64,000 nt of DNA, from positions 9,125-73,124 of the forward strand of contig JAKAPM010000002.1 of NCBI GenBank assembly GCA_021807085.1, written 5' to 3'. This DNA is from Nanobdellota archaeon. Its GTDB lineage: Archaea; Nanobdellota; Nanobdellia; Parvarchaeales; Parvarchaeaceae. The notes below the pieces were generated by a model. The model was not told where the DNA came from. It saw only the letters and a program-made list of their open reading frames with translations, and did not search any database. Both the position numbers and the translations under genes were made by a program. Shown here piece by piece: positions 10,706-19,611 of the stretch (position 1 is the stretch's first letter; each line of letters begins with the position of its first letter).

Positions 10706-10876
10706 ATGGAAAGAGGCCAGATGCCGGTAACTGAGATAATAGCTATAATCCTTGCGATCATAGTCCTGCTGGTTGGGATAGCTATAGCACTCTACTTGTC
10801 GCACGGAGGGAACAGCATCTCGACTGCTATAGTGCAGCTGTTTTCGTTCAGATGGCTGTACGGTGGCGGACTGTGA
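10706..10876 (+). CDS. 56-aa pilin-like peptide with class III signal (micro-pilin 1)
   Basis: MERG/QMPVTEIIAIILAIIVLLVGIAIALYLSHGGNSISTAIVQLFSFRWLYGGGL; starts 3 nt after the upstream stop. Confidence 0.75.
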   Translation: MERGQMPVTEIIAIILAIIVLLVGIAIALYLSHGGNSISTAIVQLFSFRWLYGGGL

Positions 10877-11043
10877 ACAACAGAGGTGTAATAAGCGCGT
10901 TCTTCACGTATATCATACTCATAATAATAGGGATAGTGCTGATACTGATATTCCTAGAGTTATTCACGCCCTACAAGATATCGTCGGTCTTCGGGAATTT
11001 TATATCCTCGCTGACCAACATAAACCCGGGTAGATATGCTTAA
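10873..11043 (+). CDS. 56-aa pilin-like peptide (micro-pilin 2)
   Basis: GTG start overlaps the previous stop (GTGA); MNNRG/VISAFFTYIILIIIGIVLILIFLELF. Confidence 0.75.
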   Translation: MNNRGVISAFFTYIILIIIGIVLILIFLELFTPYKISSVFGNFISSLTNINPGRYA

Positions 11044-11182
11044 CAGGGGCGTTTCGGATTTCATGCTCCTTCTGATAGTAACAATCATAGTGCTAATCGT
11101 AATAGTGATATTCTATCTCGTATTATATTCACCTTCGTCGCTAGAGCACATACTGCCCAAGTTTCCGTCCATACCGGTGTAG
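11036..11182 (+). CDS. 48-aa pilin-like peptide (micro-pilin 3)
   Basis: MLNRG/VSDFMLLLIVTIIVLIVIVIFYLVLYSPSSLEHILPKFPSIPV; overlaps the previous gene by 8 nt. Confidence 0.72.
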   Translation: MLNRGVSDFMLLLIVTIIVLIVIVIFYLVLYSPSSLEHILPKFPSIPV

Positions 11183-11185
11183 AAT

Positions 11186-11347
11186 ATGGAAGCTATCTGG
11201 TTCTACATACTCGCTGTCATATTGGGTGTTGTATTGGTGATTACTTATATATTGTTGGTAGGTCCAGCCGTGATATTGAAGGACATAACTGGCGCATTCA
11301 CTGGTTTTGAAAATTCTCTGTTTTCTGCGTTTGGAAAAGCGTACTGA
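11186..11347 (+). CDS. 53-aa single-TM peptide (micro-pilin-like 4, no basic leader)
   Basis: MEAIWFYILAVILGVVLVITYILLVGPAVILKDITGAFTGFENSLFSAFGKAY; 3 nt after the previous stop. Confidence 0.7.
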   Translation: MEAIWFYILAVILGVVLVITYILLVGPAVILKDITGAFTGFENSLFSAFGKAY

Positions 11348-11382
11348 GCGGTTTAAAGTTTATATTTCTGTTTCTACATCAG

Positions 11383-11961
11383 ATGGATATGATTACTTAC
11401 AGTGAGTTCGTAAGGATAAGAAGGCAGGAGCAAGAGGATAACAGAACCCTGACGAAACTCAACGACGGTCTCTACGACGAGATGAAGGAATACATCGCCA
11501 TAAACAAGAACTCATTCGATGAGGCCAGGAACATCGACGACCAGAGGAAGATGGATGAGATTGCGATGCAGATAAAGAACGCACTCAACACGCTAGACCA
11601 GATAATAAACATAAGGATAATAAAGATATCTAACATGGCCGTCCTGGGAATAAACAGCGAAGAAGCCAGGGGCAACATGATGTCGAAGGAACTCATACTG
11701 TTCGACAATCTGCTGGACGTTATCAACAAGCACAAATCTGAGCTGCTCGACCATGTCAGGAACGTTGAACCGAAAAAACTTCAGAAGGTGGAGAGCGATC
11801 CTGACTCTGAGAAGACCATAATAAAAGTGATAGCCGATATACCAAAGTTCATATGGAGGAACAACAAGTCCTATGGCCCGTTCGGGTTCCCGAACGTGAT
11901 AGAGATAGATACCGACGTCGCGGACATTCTTATAAAGAGCGGTAAAGCCGTAGGAGTCTAA
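11383..11961 (+). CDS. DNA replication GINS family protein (Gins51-like)
   Basis: ITYSEF..IRRQE..LTKL...Y A-domain, RIIKI, and C-terminal B-domain (DIPKF..YGPF..VADILIKSGKA). Confidence 0.82.
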   Translation: MDMITYSEFVRIRRQEQEDNRTLTKLNDGLYDEMKEYIAINKNSFDEARNIDDQRKMDEIAMQIKNALNTLDQIINIRIIKISNMAVLGINSEEARGNMMSKELILFDNLLDVINKHKSELLDHVRNVEPKKLQKVESDPDSEKTIIKVIADIPKFIWRNNKSYGPFGFPNVIEIDTDVADILIKSGKAVGV

Positions 11962-13493
11962 TGTTCATCAAAAAAGACAGAGTGGCGTTCAGGGAATACC
12001 AAAACAACATTTTTGAGAGCGCGAAGGACAAGAACACCCTTGTAGTCCTGCCTACGGGTCTCGGGAAGACGGTGATAAGCGCACTGGTCGTTGATTACAG
12101 GCTAGAGAAGTTCGACGGCACAAAGGCACTGTTTCTCGCTCCGACAAAACCGCTGGTCAACCAGCACAAGAGGACTTTCGACAGCATATCCACTCTCTAT
12201 GGAGAGGTGGTGAGCGGAACGGTGTCTAGGGGGGAGAGAAAAAAGATATATAATGAGGCACAGATAGTCTTTGCCACGCCGCAGACCGTGGAGAACGACG
12301 TAGAGAACGGGATAGTAGACCTCGGCACATTCAGTGTTGTCATAGTCGACGAGGCGCACCATGCTGTGGGGAATTATTCGTACGTAAAGATAGTCTCGGA
12401 ATATATGCGCGTTTCGAAGAACCCGTTGATACTAGGCCTCACTGCCTCGCCGGCGTCGGACAGTGAGAAGATAAGGCAGATATGCGACAACCTCCGCATA
12501 GCCAATGTAGAGATAAGGAGCGACGAGGACGCGGACGTCAGCCCGTACATAAAATCCAAGCTGGTAGAGGAGGTGAGGGTCGAGCTTCCCGAGGATATAA
12601 ATAGGCTTGCGGCCTCGCTCGACGGAATGATAAAGGCTGGCGTGGACGAACTAAGAAGGGCGGGCTTCTACAAGGACATGCCGGTCAGCAGGATAAGCAG
12701 AGTGTCCATACTCATGCTGCAGAAGAGCCTGCAGAAGCAGATGATTTCAGGAAAGAGGAATTTCTACACCATAAGGGGAATAATAATATCGTCCAAGCTC
12801 CTCAAACTGTACCACGCCTACAACCTGCTCTCCACCCAGAGCCTGGAATCGTTCGTAAACTTCGCGATGAAGCTGACGGCCGGCAAATCTAAATCGGACA
12901 AGGAGATAGCTGCGAGCGGAGGGTTCGTATCCCTGCTGGAAGAATCGGAAAAACTGCTGGCATCGGGGCGAGAACACCCCAAATTGGACAAACTGAAGGA
13001 AATACTCGCCGGTGACTTCAAGAAGGGGCAGAAGGCGATAATATTCACGCAGTACAGGGACACGGTCGACACCATCTGCGACGCGATAAGCGGAGTGAAC
13101 GGTGTAAACGCCGTAAAGTTCATAGGACAGGGCAAGGGCGGCTTGTCGCAGAAGGAACAGATAAGGATAGTCAAGGACTTCGAATCCGGAGTGTACAACG
13201 TACTGGTATCAACCAGCGTAAGCGAGGAAGGGATATCGATAAAGGGCGTCGACATAGCAGTCTTCTACGAGACCGTACCCAGCGCGGTTAGGTCTATACA
13301 GAGGCGGGGAAGAGTCGGAAGGTTCAACGCGGGCAGGATATTCATACTGATAACCAAGGATACGAGCGACGAGAGCTATTACTGGGTGTCGAAGAGAAAA
13401 GAATCTAGGATGAAGAAGATAATAAAGAACATAAAGGATAACCCGGAAACGCTCAGGAACGACGGTACGCTCAGGTTCTTCGTGAACCGCTGA
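11961..13493 (+). CDS. hef: Hef/FANCM-like SF2 helicase (no ERCC4 nuclease domain)
   Basis: REYQ, LPTGLGKT, DEAH, TASP and QRRGRVGR motifs. Confidence 0.9.
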   Translation: MFIKKDRVAFREYQNNIFESAKDKNTLVVLPTGLGKTVISALVVDYRLEKFDGTKALFLAPTKPLVNQHKRTFDSISTLYGEVVSGTVSRGERKKIYNEAQIVFATPQTVENDVENGIVDLGTFSVVIVDEAHHAVGNYSYVKIVSEYMRVSKNPLILGLTASPASDSEKIRQICDNLRIANVEIRSDEDADVSPYIKSKLVEEVRVELPEDINRLAASLDGMIKAGVDELRRAGFYKDMPVSRISRVSILMLQKSLQKQMISGKRNFYTIRGIIISSKLLKLYHAYNLLSTQSLESFVNFAMKLTAGKSKSDKEIAASGGFVSLLEESEKLLASGREHPKLDKLKEILAGDFKKGQKAIIFTQYRDTVDTICDAISGVNGVNAVKFIGQGKGGLSQKEQIRIVKDFESGVYNVLVSTSVSEEGISIKGVDIAVFYETVPSAVRSIQRRGRVGRFNAGRIFILITKDTSDESYYWVSKRKESRMKKIIKNIKDNPETLRNDGTLRFFVNR

Positions 13494-13494
13494 A

Positions 13495-13944
13495 TCAGGA
13501 TTTTATCTGCACTATACTCTCGCAGAATCCTCCGGATTTGTAGGTCTGCCCGCCTATCTCCACGGAGCTGCCTGTCGTGTTACCTATGAAGATGTTGTTA
13601 CCCGGCTGCAGCTGGAAATCCTGCGAGAATATGCTTGAACCTACAAAGTATGCACCGGCGAAAACCGGACCGGTCAGCGGAGGAATCTCGGCGTAAACGC
13701 TGTAATTCAGACCGGGACTGCCTTCCGACACTGTGACCCTGAAATAATCCGTCTTGGTAGGGGTGCTGACGTTGACCGCCGATATGTTGCACTGGGCGGG
13801 ACTACCGGTGAGCGACGGATTAGTTTGGCCTATGGCTAGCAACGAGAAGTGGAACACGGAGCTCGCTACCAGTATGCCTATCACTACGAAGGATATAAGG
13901 AGGACCATTATGATGATATAATCTATCGTAGATGTTCCTGTCAT
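13495..13944 (-). CDS. Membrane-anchored secreted protein
   Basis: N-terminal hydrophobic helix, beta-rich S/T/G domain with 2 Cys. Confidence 0.72.
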   Translation of the reverse strand: MTGTSTIDYIIIMVLLISFVVIGILVASSVFHFSLLAIGQTNPSLTGSPAQCNISAVNVSTPTKTDYFRVTVSEGSPGLNYSVYAEIPPLTGPVFAGAYFVGSSIFSQDFQLQPGNNIFIGNTTGSSVEIGGQTYKSGGFCESIVQIKS

Positions 13945-13945
13945 A

Positions 13946-15439
13946 TCAGGCCGCCACCGCGCACAAGTACATCTGATTCATGCCGAGGTAAGCAGCGCTG
14001 TCCACGTGCAGGTTCTGCTGGAACCAGCCGACTATCGAGCCTGCACACTGCTCCAGACCGCTTGTCTTGAAAAGAGTGGTACCCACAAGATTCGGGATGT
14101 TGGACAGCACATAATTGTTGCAGAAGGTATTGGTCTTGCATCCTGCACTGCTGGCACCTATGACTATCCCGCTCGCAGCAGCTCCGGCTATGGATCCGAA
14201 GCTCAACGAGGCGCTCGGAAGGCCGCGCGTGAGCAGCGCATAGGTCGTTACTGCCCTGGAACACTCGTACTCTATCCCGGAAGTCGGGTAATTTACGACG
14301 AAACTGGTCTGTACGCATTCGGACGGAAGCGTGACTTTGTCGGGAGGGAACCTCGTCCCGACGAGGCTGTTCAGGTAGACGATGTAGAGCTGTGCCTTCG
14401 ATATGGACTTGTTGCTGTCTATCGGCACCGCGTTGGCACTCCCTGATGTCTTGTTCTTGTAGCTGTAGTTGACGGTGAAGCCGGGCCTGAGGTAGTTGAA
14501 ATAGGATACGTTCACCACGGAAGTCGGCTTAACAGGTTCTGTTATCTGGCAGGTGTTCGGGACCTCGTAGGAATTCAGCACCGAATCGTAGCCGATGGAG
14601 CACACGTAATCCCCGCTCTGGTTCTTTGCGCAGAAGTCTGTGTACGGCGTAGAGCATCCTGTCGTGGCGCCGTCCTGATTGGTGCACGTACCGACGGAAG
14701 TGTTAAAGGAACAGCCCTCCGACGCGGAACACAAGTACTGCGGTAGGTCGTTGTACGCGGTGTTGGGGGCGGTGGAACTGTAAAGGGGCACAACCGTCAG
14801 CGAGTAACCCTGTGTGAAGGAGGTGTAGCCTGGCTGGTCGAAGCAGCTGAAGAAATCGCTGTTGTTGGATATGCATTCACTGGGATTGTTAAAGTTGCAT
14901 GAGAAGCCGTTCGGATTGGATGATGAGAAAGGGTCAGCGCACGCTTGTGCGGCGGTGTGGTTGAGGCAGCTCACTTCTGTCGTGAAGGGTGTGTTCTGTA
15001 GATATGTGGTCAAGTTGCCAAAGGTTATGTTTTGGTTCAGATCCAGGCTTATAATGCTGCATATCCTCGTGGCGCCGGGGGACACCGTAAGTCCCTGCGA
15101 ACCGCCGTACTGGTCCCAGCATTCGGACAGCGCGGTAGCCACTCCGGAGAAGACACTGGGAGTGGACGCCCCGCTGGAGAAAGTCTGGGACGAAGTGGTG
15201 CAGCCGAAATCGGGGGGATTTATGCCATAGGACTGCAAGGTCGAGCTCAGGCAGAAGAAATTCGAGAAACACAAGTCGTTATAGAAGAAATTCGACACCT
15301 GCGAACTCGCGTAGCACGTGGTAGCGTTGGAGAACCCAACGCCCAGGAATAGGAAGGATGCGAATATGACTATTATGAATATCATGAATATCACTGACAG
15401 GATGATGAAAATGAAGTTCTCTCCCGGCGTCTCAGGCAT
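13946..15439 (-). CDS. Cys-rich membrane-anchored surface protein (497 aa)
   Basis: N-terminal TM, many Cys, many N-x-S/T sequons. Confidence 0.8.
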   Translation of the reverse strand: MPETPGENFIFIILSVIFMIFIIVIFASFLFLGVGFSNATTCYASSQVSNFFYNDLCFSNFFCLSSTLQSYGINPPDFGCTTSSQTFSSGASTPSVFSGVATALSECWDQYGGSQGLTVSPGATRICSIISLDLNQNITFGNLTTYLQNTPFTTEVSCLNHTAAQACADPFSSSNPNGFSCNFNNPSECISNNSDFFSCFDQPGYTSFTQGYSLTVVPLYSSTAPNTAYNDLPQYLCSASEGCSFNTSVGTCTNQDGATTGCSTPYTDFCAKNQSGDYVCSIGYDSVLNSYEVPNTCQITEPVKPTSVVNVSYFNYLRPGFTVNYSYKNKTSGSANAVPIDSNKSISKAQLYIVYLNSLVGTRFPPDKVTLPSECVQTSFVVNYPTSGIEYECSRAVTTYALLTRGLPSASLSFGSIAGAAASGIVIGASSAGCKTNTFCNNYVLSNIPNLVGTTLFKTSGLEQCAGSIVGWFQQNLHVDSAAYLGMNQMYLCAVAA

Positions 15440-15472
15440 AAACTAATAGAGTCACTGTCCACTATATATCGT

Positions 15473-16366
15473 TTATTTCGAAGTTATGCACACGAACACT
15501 CTGCTCTGTTTGTACACCATGGCGTTCGTGAGATAACCGCACTGCGGGATGTAGTAGGTGCACCCCGTGCTCAGGTTTCTCACCACCTTCGAGGGGTCGC
15601 CGTTGCTTAGGGAGCTGACCGTGCTCCGGGTCTCTGGAACGGTCTGGTTGCCGTAATAGCACTCGGCCGGGTCCAGCACCGGCTGCTGGTAGTTAGACGT
15701 CAGTATGCACTGGTCCTGGAAGGGTATTGTGCAGTCCTGCGGCGGATTGGTGGAGGGATAGCCGAAATACGAAACGAGATAACTGGAATTGGAGATTAAA
15801 TCCGACGGATTTACGTACTGTGCGCTGCCCCCGGTGCCATTGGTTATGAAAACTATCTGCAGCGGGTAGGAATTGTTGTAAGCGTTGTCTAGGGAACGTA
15901 TAAGCTGGCCATAGTCTACGCTGGTGCCGCTGCTGGGTGAGAGGATGCCGTAATAGCATTCGAACACTTGGTTCATGTTGGAGCTGCTTATCACGCTGTT
16001 TCCAGTGCCGCTGGTTGCACCGTGGAACAGGGAGAAGCACGACGACGCGTCCGCGAACAGCCTGCTGCTAACGTCGGACGTGGAGGAGAAGGCTATGTTC
16101 GAGCTCTGGAGGCACGATATCTGGACCTGGGCTGCCTGTTCGGGAGAGACGTAGTACTGCGATAAGCCGAAATAAGACGCTACGTACGTCAGGGGTGATA
16201 CGATAGAGTTTATCAGGTTGTACTGTTCGAACGCCACGAAACAGCTGAACCCGAAATTTATAGTGCTGATATCAGTTATTATCTGGAAGGAGAAAATCGC
16301 CACGATTATTCCGGCGATAACCACCAGGAAAACGGCTATTATCGTCAGTATTATCCCCTCCTCCAT
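15473..16366 (-). CDS. Cys-rich membrane-anchored surface protein (297 aa)
   Basis: N-terminal TM; Cys spacing resembles the neighbouring gene. Confidence 0.8.
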   Translation of the reverse strand: MEEGIILTIIAVFLVVIAGIIVAIFSFQIITDISTINFGFSCFVAFEQYNLINSIVSPLTYVASYFGLSQYYVSPEQAAQVQISCLQSSNIAFSSTSDVSSRLFADASSCFSLFHGATSGTGNSVISSSNMNQVFECYYGILSPSSGTSVDYGQLIRSLDNAYNNSYPLQIVFITNGTGGSAQYVNPSDLISNSSYLVSYFGYPSTNPPQDCTIPFQDQCILTSNYQQPVLDPAECYYGNQTVPETRSTVSSLSNGDPSKVVRNLSTGCTYYIPQCGYLTNAMVYKQSRVFVCITSK

Positions 16367-16548
16367 CAGGCGCCTCCGCCGCCAAGAATGTTACCGAAGT
16401 ATGAGAACGGGGATTGCCCGTGCGAACTCACGTAGAACATGAGTGCCAGGACTGTTATGGCGATTACGAACGTTATCACCACTATTATGAGCCACGTTAT
16501 CCTCCACTCGACGCTGCCTTTGTTATTAATCATACCATCACTGGCCAA
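16366..16548 (-). CDS. Small pilin-like peptide
   Basis: MINNKG/SVEWRITWLIIVVITFVIAITVLALMFY, class III-like. Confidence 0.7.
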   Translation of the reverse strand: MASDGMINNKGSVEWRITWLIIVVITFVIAITVLALMFYVSSHGQSPFSYFGNILGGGGA

Positions 16549-17044
16549 CGCACGGCGGACAGTACGGACTGTCGCCCTTCACGCACGCTGGTGTGCTCAT
16601 GTCGCAGTTCTCTATGACCGTGGCATTGTTGGCCACCACCGTGCTCTGGTCGCAGCTGAACAGGTCCGCTGTGTTGGATGGCGAGACCACCTTGCACGCG
16701 TTTAGGACCGACTGCGGCGGGGCTGATATGCAGTTCTGTACGCTGACGTAGTCCCCCTGGCCGTTCTTGTAATAGAGATAGTAGCATTCGTTGCTCAGGC
16801 ACGTCTGGTAGGCGGATGACTGGTTGTAGCAGGCGTCGGTCCCGTAGCACCTGAAGAGGGGCGTCCCTTCCATCCTGTTAGGATAACCGTATTCAGCGCT
16901 GGTGAACTGGTTCTCCAGTATGTCGTTGTTATTGCACCCCACCGGGAAGACCGACGAGAAATTCTGGTAGAAGGACACGAAGAGCACGATAGACACCGCT
17001 ATGCCGAATCCCACCTCGAACAGCATGAATTGTTCGTCGTCCAT
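16538..17044 (-). CDS. Cys-rich membrane-anchored surface protein (168 aa)
   Basis: N-terminal TM and about 12 Cys. Confidence 0.78.
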   Translation of the reverse strand: MDDEQFMLFEVGFGIAVSIVLFVSFYQNFSSVFPVGCNNNDILENQFTSAEYGYPNRMEGTPLFRCYGTDACYNQSSAYQTCLSNECYYLYYKNGQGDYVSVQNCISAPPQSVLNACKVVSPSNTADLFSCDQSTVVANNATVIENCDMSTPACVKGDSPYCPPCVGQ

Positions 17045-17125
17045 GTGATATCTTAGAGTTTTTCATAATAAAAATCAATCACCGGCACGGTGCGTACAGA
17101 ATTATCCGTCACTGGAAAACGCGGC

Positions 17126-17530
17126 TCAGCGCGCAGAATCAGCCATCAGAACTTCGTACCAGCTGCTCTGGCCGTCGTCTACCAGGAAATAAGAGCCGAG
17201 TACCCTCATGTTGCTGTACTTTCTGGATGCCCTGCTCTCTGCTATCCTCTGCTTGCTGATGTTGAGATTGTAGAATATACCCGATTTGCTTGGCCTCCTG
17301 GCATGCGTGGCCCTGGGTCTCCTGAAACTCCCCTTTCCTATCCTGACCCTAACGACAACGTAACCCGGCTTGGCTCTGTACCCAAGCTCCCTCGCCCTGT
17401 AGAGCTTGGACGGACGCTCGATACGTTCGATTAGCGGGCCGTTCCTGGCTTCGGTGAGCAGCTGTTTAACCCTTTCCCTGTTCTTGTAGATGTTCCTCTC
17501 GTTATTGCGTATGTACTTGGATGCTCCCAT
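17126..17530 (-). CDS. rpl15e: 50S ribosomal protein L15e (short form)
   Basis: RIERP..L.RARELGYRAKPG.VVVRVR and VLGSY...WYEV motifs. Confidence 0.93.
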   Translation of the reverse strand: MGASKYIRNNERNIYKNRERVKQLLTEARNGPLIERIERPSKLYRARELGYRAKPGYVVVRVRIGKGSFRRPRATHARRPSKSGIFYNLNISKQRIAESRASRKYSNMRVLGSYFLVDDGQSSWYEVLMADSAR

Positions 17531-17577
17531 AGGAATTAATCTAAAAACTGGAAGTATAAATAACTATCACCAGTTCG

Positions 17578-18009
17578 TCATACCGACACAGAACCCTTGG
17601 CCGCTATCGTGGGCGGTGAGGATATGTTCATCGGGGTGTAATATATGTAGACCAGCCCGGAAAAATGTGATGTGGCGGTATAGGTTATGTTGCATTCGTA
17701 GTAGGCAAGAGTCTGCAAGTACCCGCCCCCGCACCCGGTATAGTTCTGGGAGCCGATTATCAGCGACACTGCGTCGATTTTTACGTTCTCGTTGAGTAGG
17801 TTTTGGACCTTCATGTAGAATATGCTGGACGGGGCGTAGTAACCTATTGCGATCACGTCGAAACCCTGCAGTCCGGAATAGGTTGCGGAAGTCGAGGCCT
17901 GTGAGAAGGTGGGGAAGAACGTAAGTACGAGCGAGACTGCGAGGATTATCGCCACCACCGCCAGCCCGTAGATAATGGCTATCTCCAGCGACATCTGCGC
18001 GCGCATCAT
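17578..18009 (-). CDS. Class III signal peptide (pilin-like) protein
   Basis: MMRA/QMSLEIAIIYGLAVVAIIL. Confidence 0.82.
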   Translation of the reverse strand: MMRAQMSLEIAIIYGLAVVAIILAVSLVLTFFPTFSQASTSATYSGLQGFDVIAIGYYAPSSIFYMKVQNLLNENVKIDAVSLIIGSQNYTGCGGGYLQTLAYYECNITYTATSHFSGLVYIYYTPMNISSPPTIAAKGSVSV

Positions 18010-18043
18010 ACAAAGGAGTTGGCTCCCATAGGATATTAATCTA

Positions 18044-18114
18044 AGCCTCCAGAGGGAGTTGAACCCTCGTCTCCTGCTTACGAAGCAGATGCTCTACCGC
18101 TGAGCTATGGAGGC
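18044..18114 (-). tRNA. tRNA-Thr(CGT)
   Basis: Cloverleaf GCCTCCA..GCTC/GAGC..TCTGC-TTCGTAA-GCAGG..GAGGG-TTCAACT-CCCTC..TGGAGGC-T; CCA not encoded. Confidence 0.93.
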
Positions 18115-18116
18115 GA

Positions 18117-18284
18117 CTATCTAAACCCTACGTTCTTCCGTGTTCTTTTCTTGTATTCGCCATCGCTTATTATATGTTTTCTAGCTTCGAAACTCTTGCC
18201 GCAGAAGAAGCATTTGACCTGTCCGAGCGAAGATGTGCGCCTGAAGTTGCCGCAGTTCGGACACCTGACCATCCTCACCGGCAT
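18117..18284 (-). CDS. 55-aa zinc-ribbon protein
   Basis: MPVRMVRCPNCGNFRRTSSLGQVKCFFCGKSF; fills the gap between minD and the tRNA. Confidence 0.75.
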   Translation of the reverse strand: MPVRMVRCPNCGNFRRTSSLGQVKCFFCGKSFEARKHIISDGEYKKRTRKNVGFR

Positions 18285-18288
18285 AGTA

Positions 18289-19011
18289 TCATTCCCCGAC
18301 CAGAGATCCGGCCAGCTCGAAAAATGCCCTGGAAGAGGCTAGTTTCCTGTCCCAAAGAACCACCGGCAGACCCTGTTTCAGGGCGGAGTATAGGGACTTG
18401 TCTTCGGGGACTATCCACGTGTTGCTTATTCCAGTTATTTCGGATGCTTCCCTCTCGCCTACTCTGTCCCTGATTCTCCTGTCGTACCTGTTCATCACCA
18501 GCCCCAGGACGTTCACGCCGCTGCTCCTGAGTTCGTCGTTCAGCTTCCTCGCTTCTATCATCGCGGTTATCTCCGGGACTGAAACTATTATGGCGCTGAT
18601 GCCGCGTATCGCCTTGACGAAGTCGACGTCGTACGACGGCTTTGAGTCTATTATTATGAAATCGTAGTTTCTCTCCACTTTCTGTATCTGGTAGAACAGG
18701 TTTATTATCTTGTACCTCGCGTTGCCGTCGCCCCTCCCCTTGAACACCCTGGACGGGAGGATGTGCAGGTTGTTCACGTCTGTCTTGTATATGGCGTATT
18801 CGACCGGCACGGAGCTGTTGAACACGTCCTCCAGAGAATATTTATACCCGACGAAGCCGAAATATATCGCCACGTGCGGCGTCTCTAGATTCGCGTCTAT
18901 TATCAGAGTCTTCTTTCCCAGCGATGCCAGCGTCGCGGCGATGTTGACCGACGTGGTCGTCTTGCCGACCCCTCCCTTCGGGCTCATGACAGCTATAACT
19001 TTGGCTACCAT
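18289..19011 (-). CDS. MinD/ParA family ATPase
   Basis: Deviant Walker A KGGVGKTT, IIDAN and DFIIID. Confidence 0.9.
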   Translation of the reverse strand: MVAKVIAVMSPKGGVGKTTTSVNIAATLASLGKKTLIIDANLETPHVAIYFGFVGYKYSLEDVFNSSVPVEYAIYKTDVNNLHILPSRVFKGRGDGNARYKIINLFYQIQKVERNYDFIIIDSKPSYDVDFVKAIRGISAIIVSVPEITAMIEARKLNDELRSSGVNVLGLVMNRYDRRIRDRVGEREASEITGISNTWIVPEDKSLYSALKQGLPVVLWDRKLASSRAFFELAGSLVGE

Positions 19012-19082
19012 ACGATACAGTTTATATGCACGCCGCCATATATTTATTTATATCTGGGTGCGTACGGCGTACCCTTACATGT

Positions 19083-19604
19083 ATGGACCAAAAAACGTGC
19101 AAGGTTTGCGGAAATGGCGCGGATTTCTACTCGCCGTACCTGAAAAAGTACCTGTGCAGGAAACACTTCGAGAAGATGATAATAAGGAGGCTCAGCAAGA
19201 TAGTCACGTCCGAGGGGATGAAGAGCAAGGGTTACAGGCTGGACGACGACGGCTCTGACGCGCACAGGCTGCTCGCCTTCGTCTTCAAGGAGGACAAAGG
19301 ATCTGGGGTCAGGCTGAGCAATCTGACGATGGAAGACTTCGCCCTGGAGACTATGAAGTATTTCACGGACAAGAGATACCGGCCTCGAGTGAGGATATCG
19401 ACCAAAACGTCGGTCAGTCCGCTCTACACGACATCTGAGGGTGAGATAAGGGATTTCCTAGCCGCAAAGAACATCGTGTCCGCAGGGAGAAAAAGGGACG
19501 CGGAGGACGAATGGCTCCTAAATTTTATAAGGGGATTCGAGGAGAGGCGCCCCGGCGGGATGATATCACTGGTCAGGATCGGGAACGAGCTCGAAATAAT
19601 CTGA
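19083..19604 (+). CDS. Degenerate TtuA/NcsA-like protein (Zn finger retained, PP-loop absent)
   Basis: CKVCG..LCRKHF N-terminal Zn finger; SPLYTTSEGEI and FEERRPG resemble the TtuA C-terminal half. Confidence 0.6.
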   Translation: MDQKTCKVCGNGADFYSPYLKKYLCRKHFEKMIIRRLSKIVTSEGMKSKGYRLDDDGSDAHRLLAFVFKEDKGSGVRLSNLTMEDFALETMKYFTDKRYRPRVRISTKTSVSPLYTTSEGEIRDFLAAKNIVSAGRKRDAEDEWLLNFIRGFEERRPGGMISLVRIGNELEII

Positions 19605-19611
19605 CGGTCCG

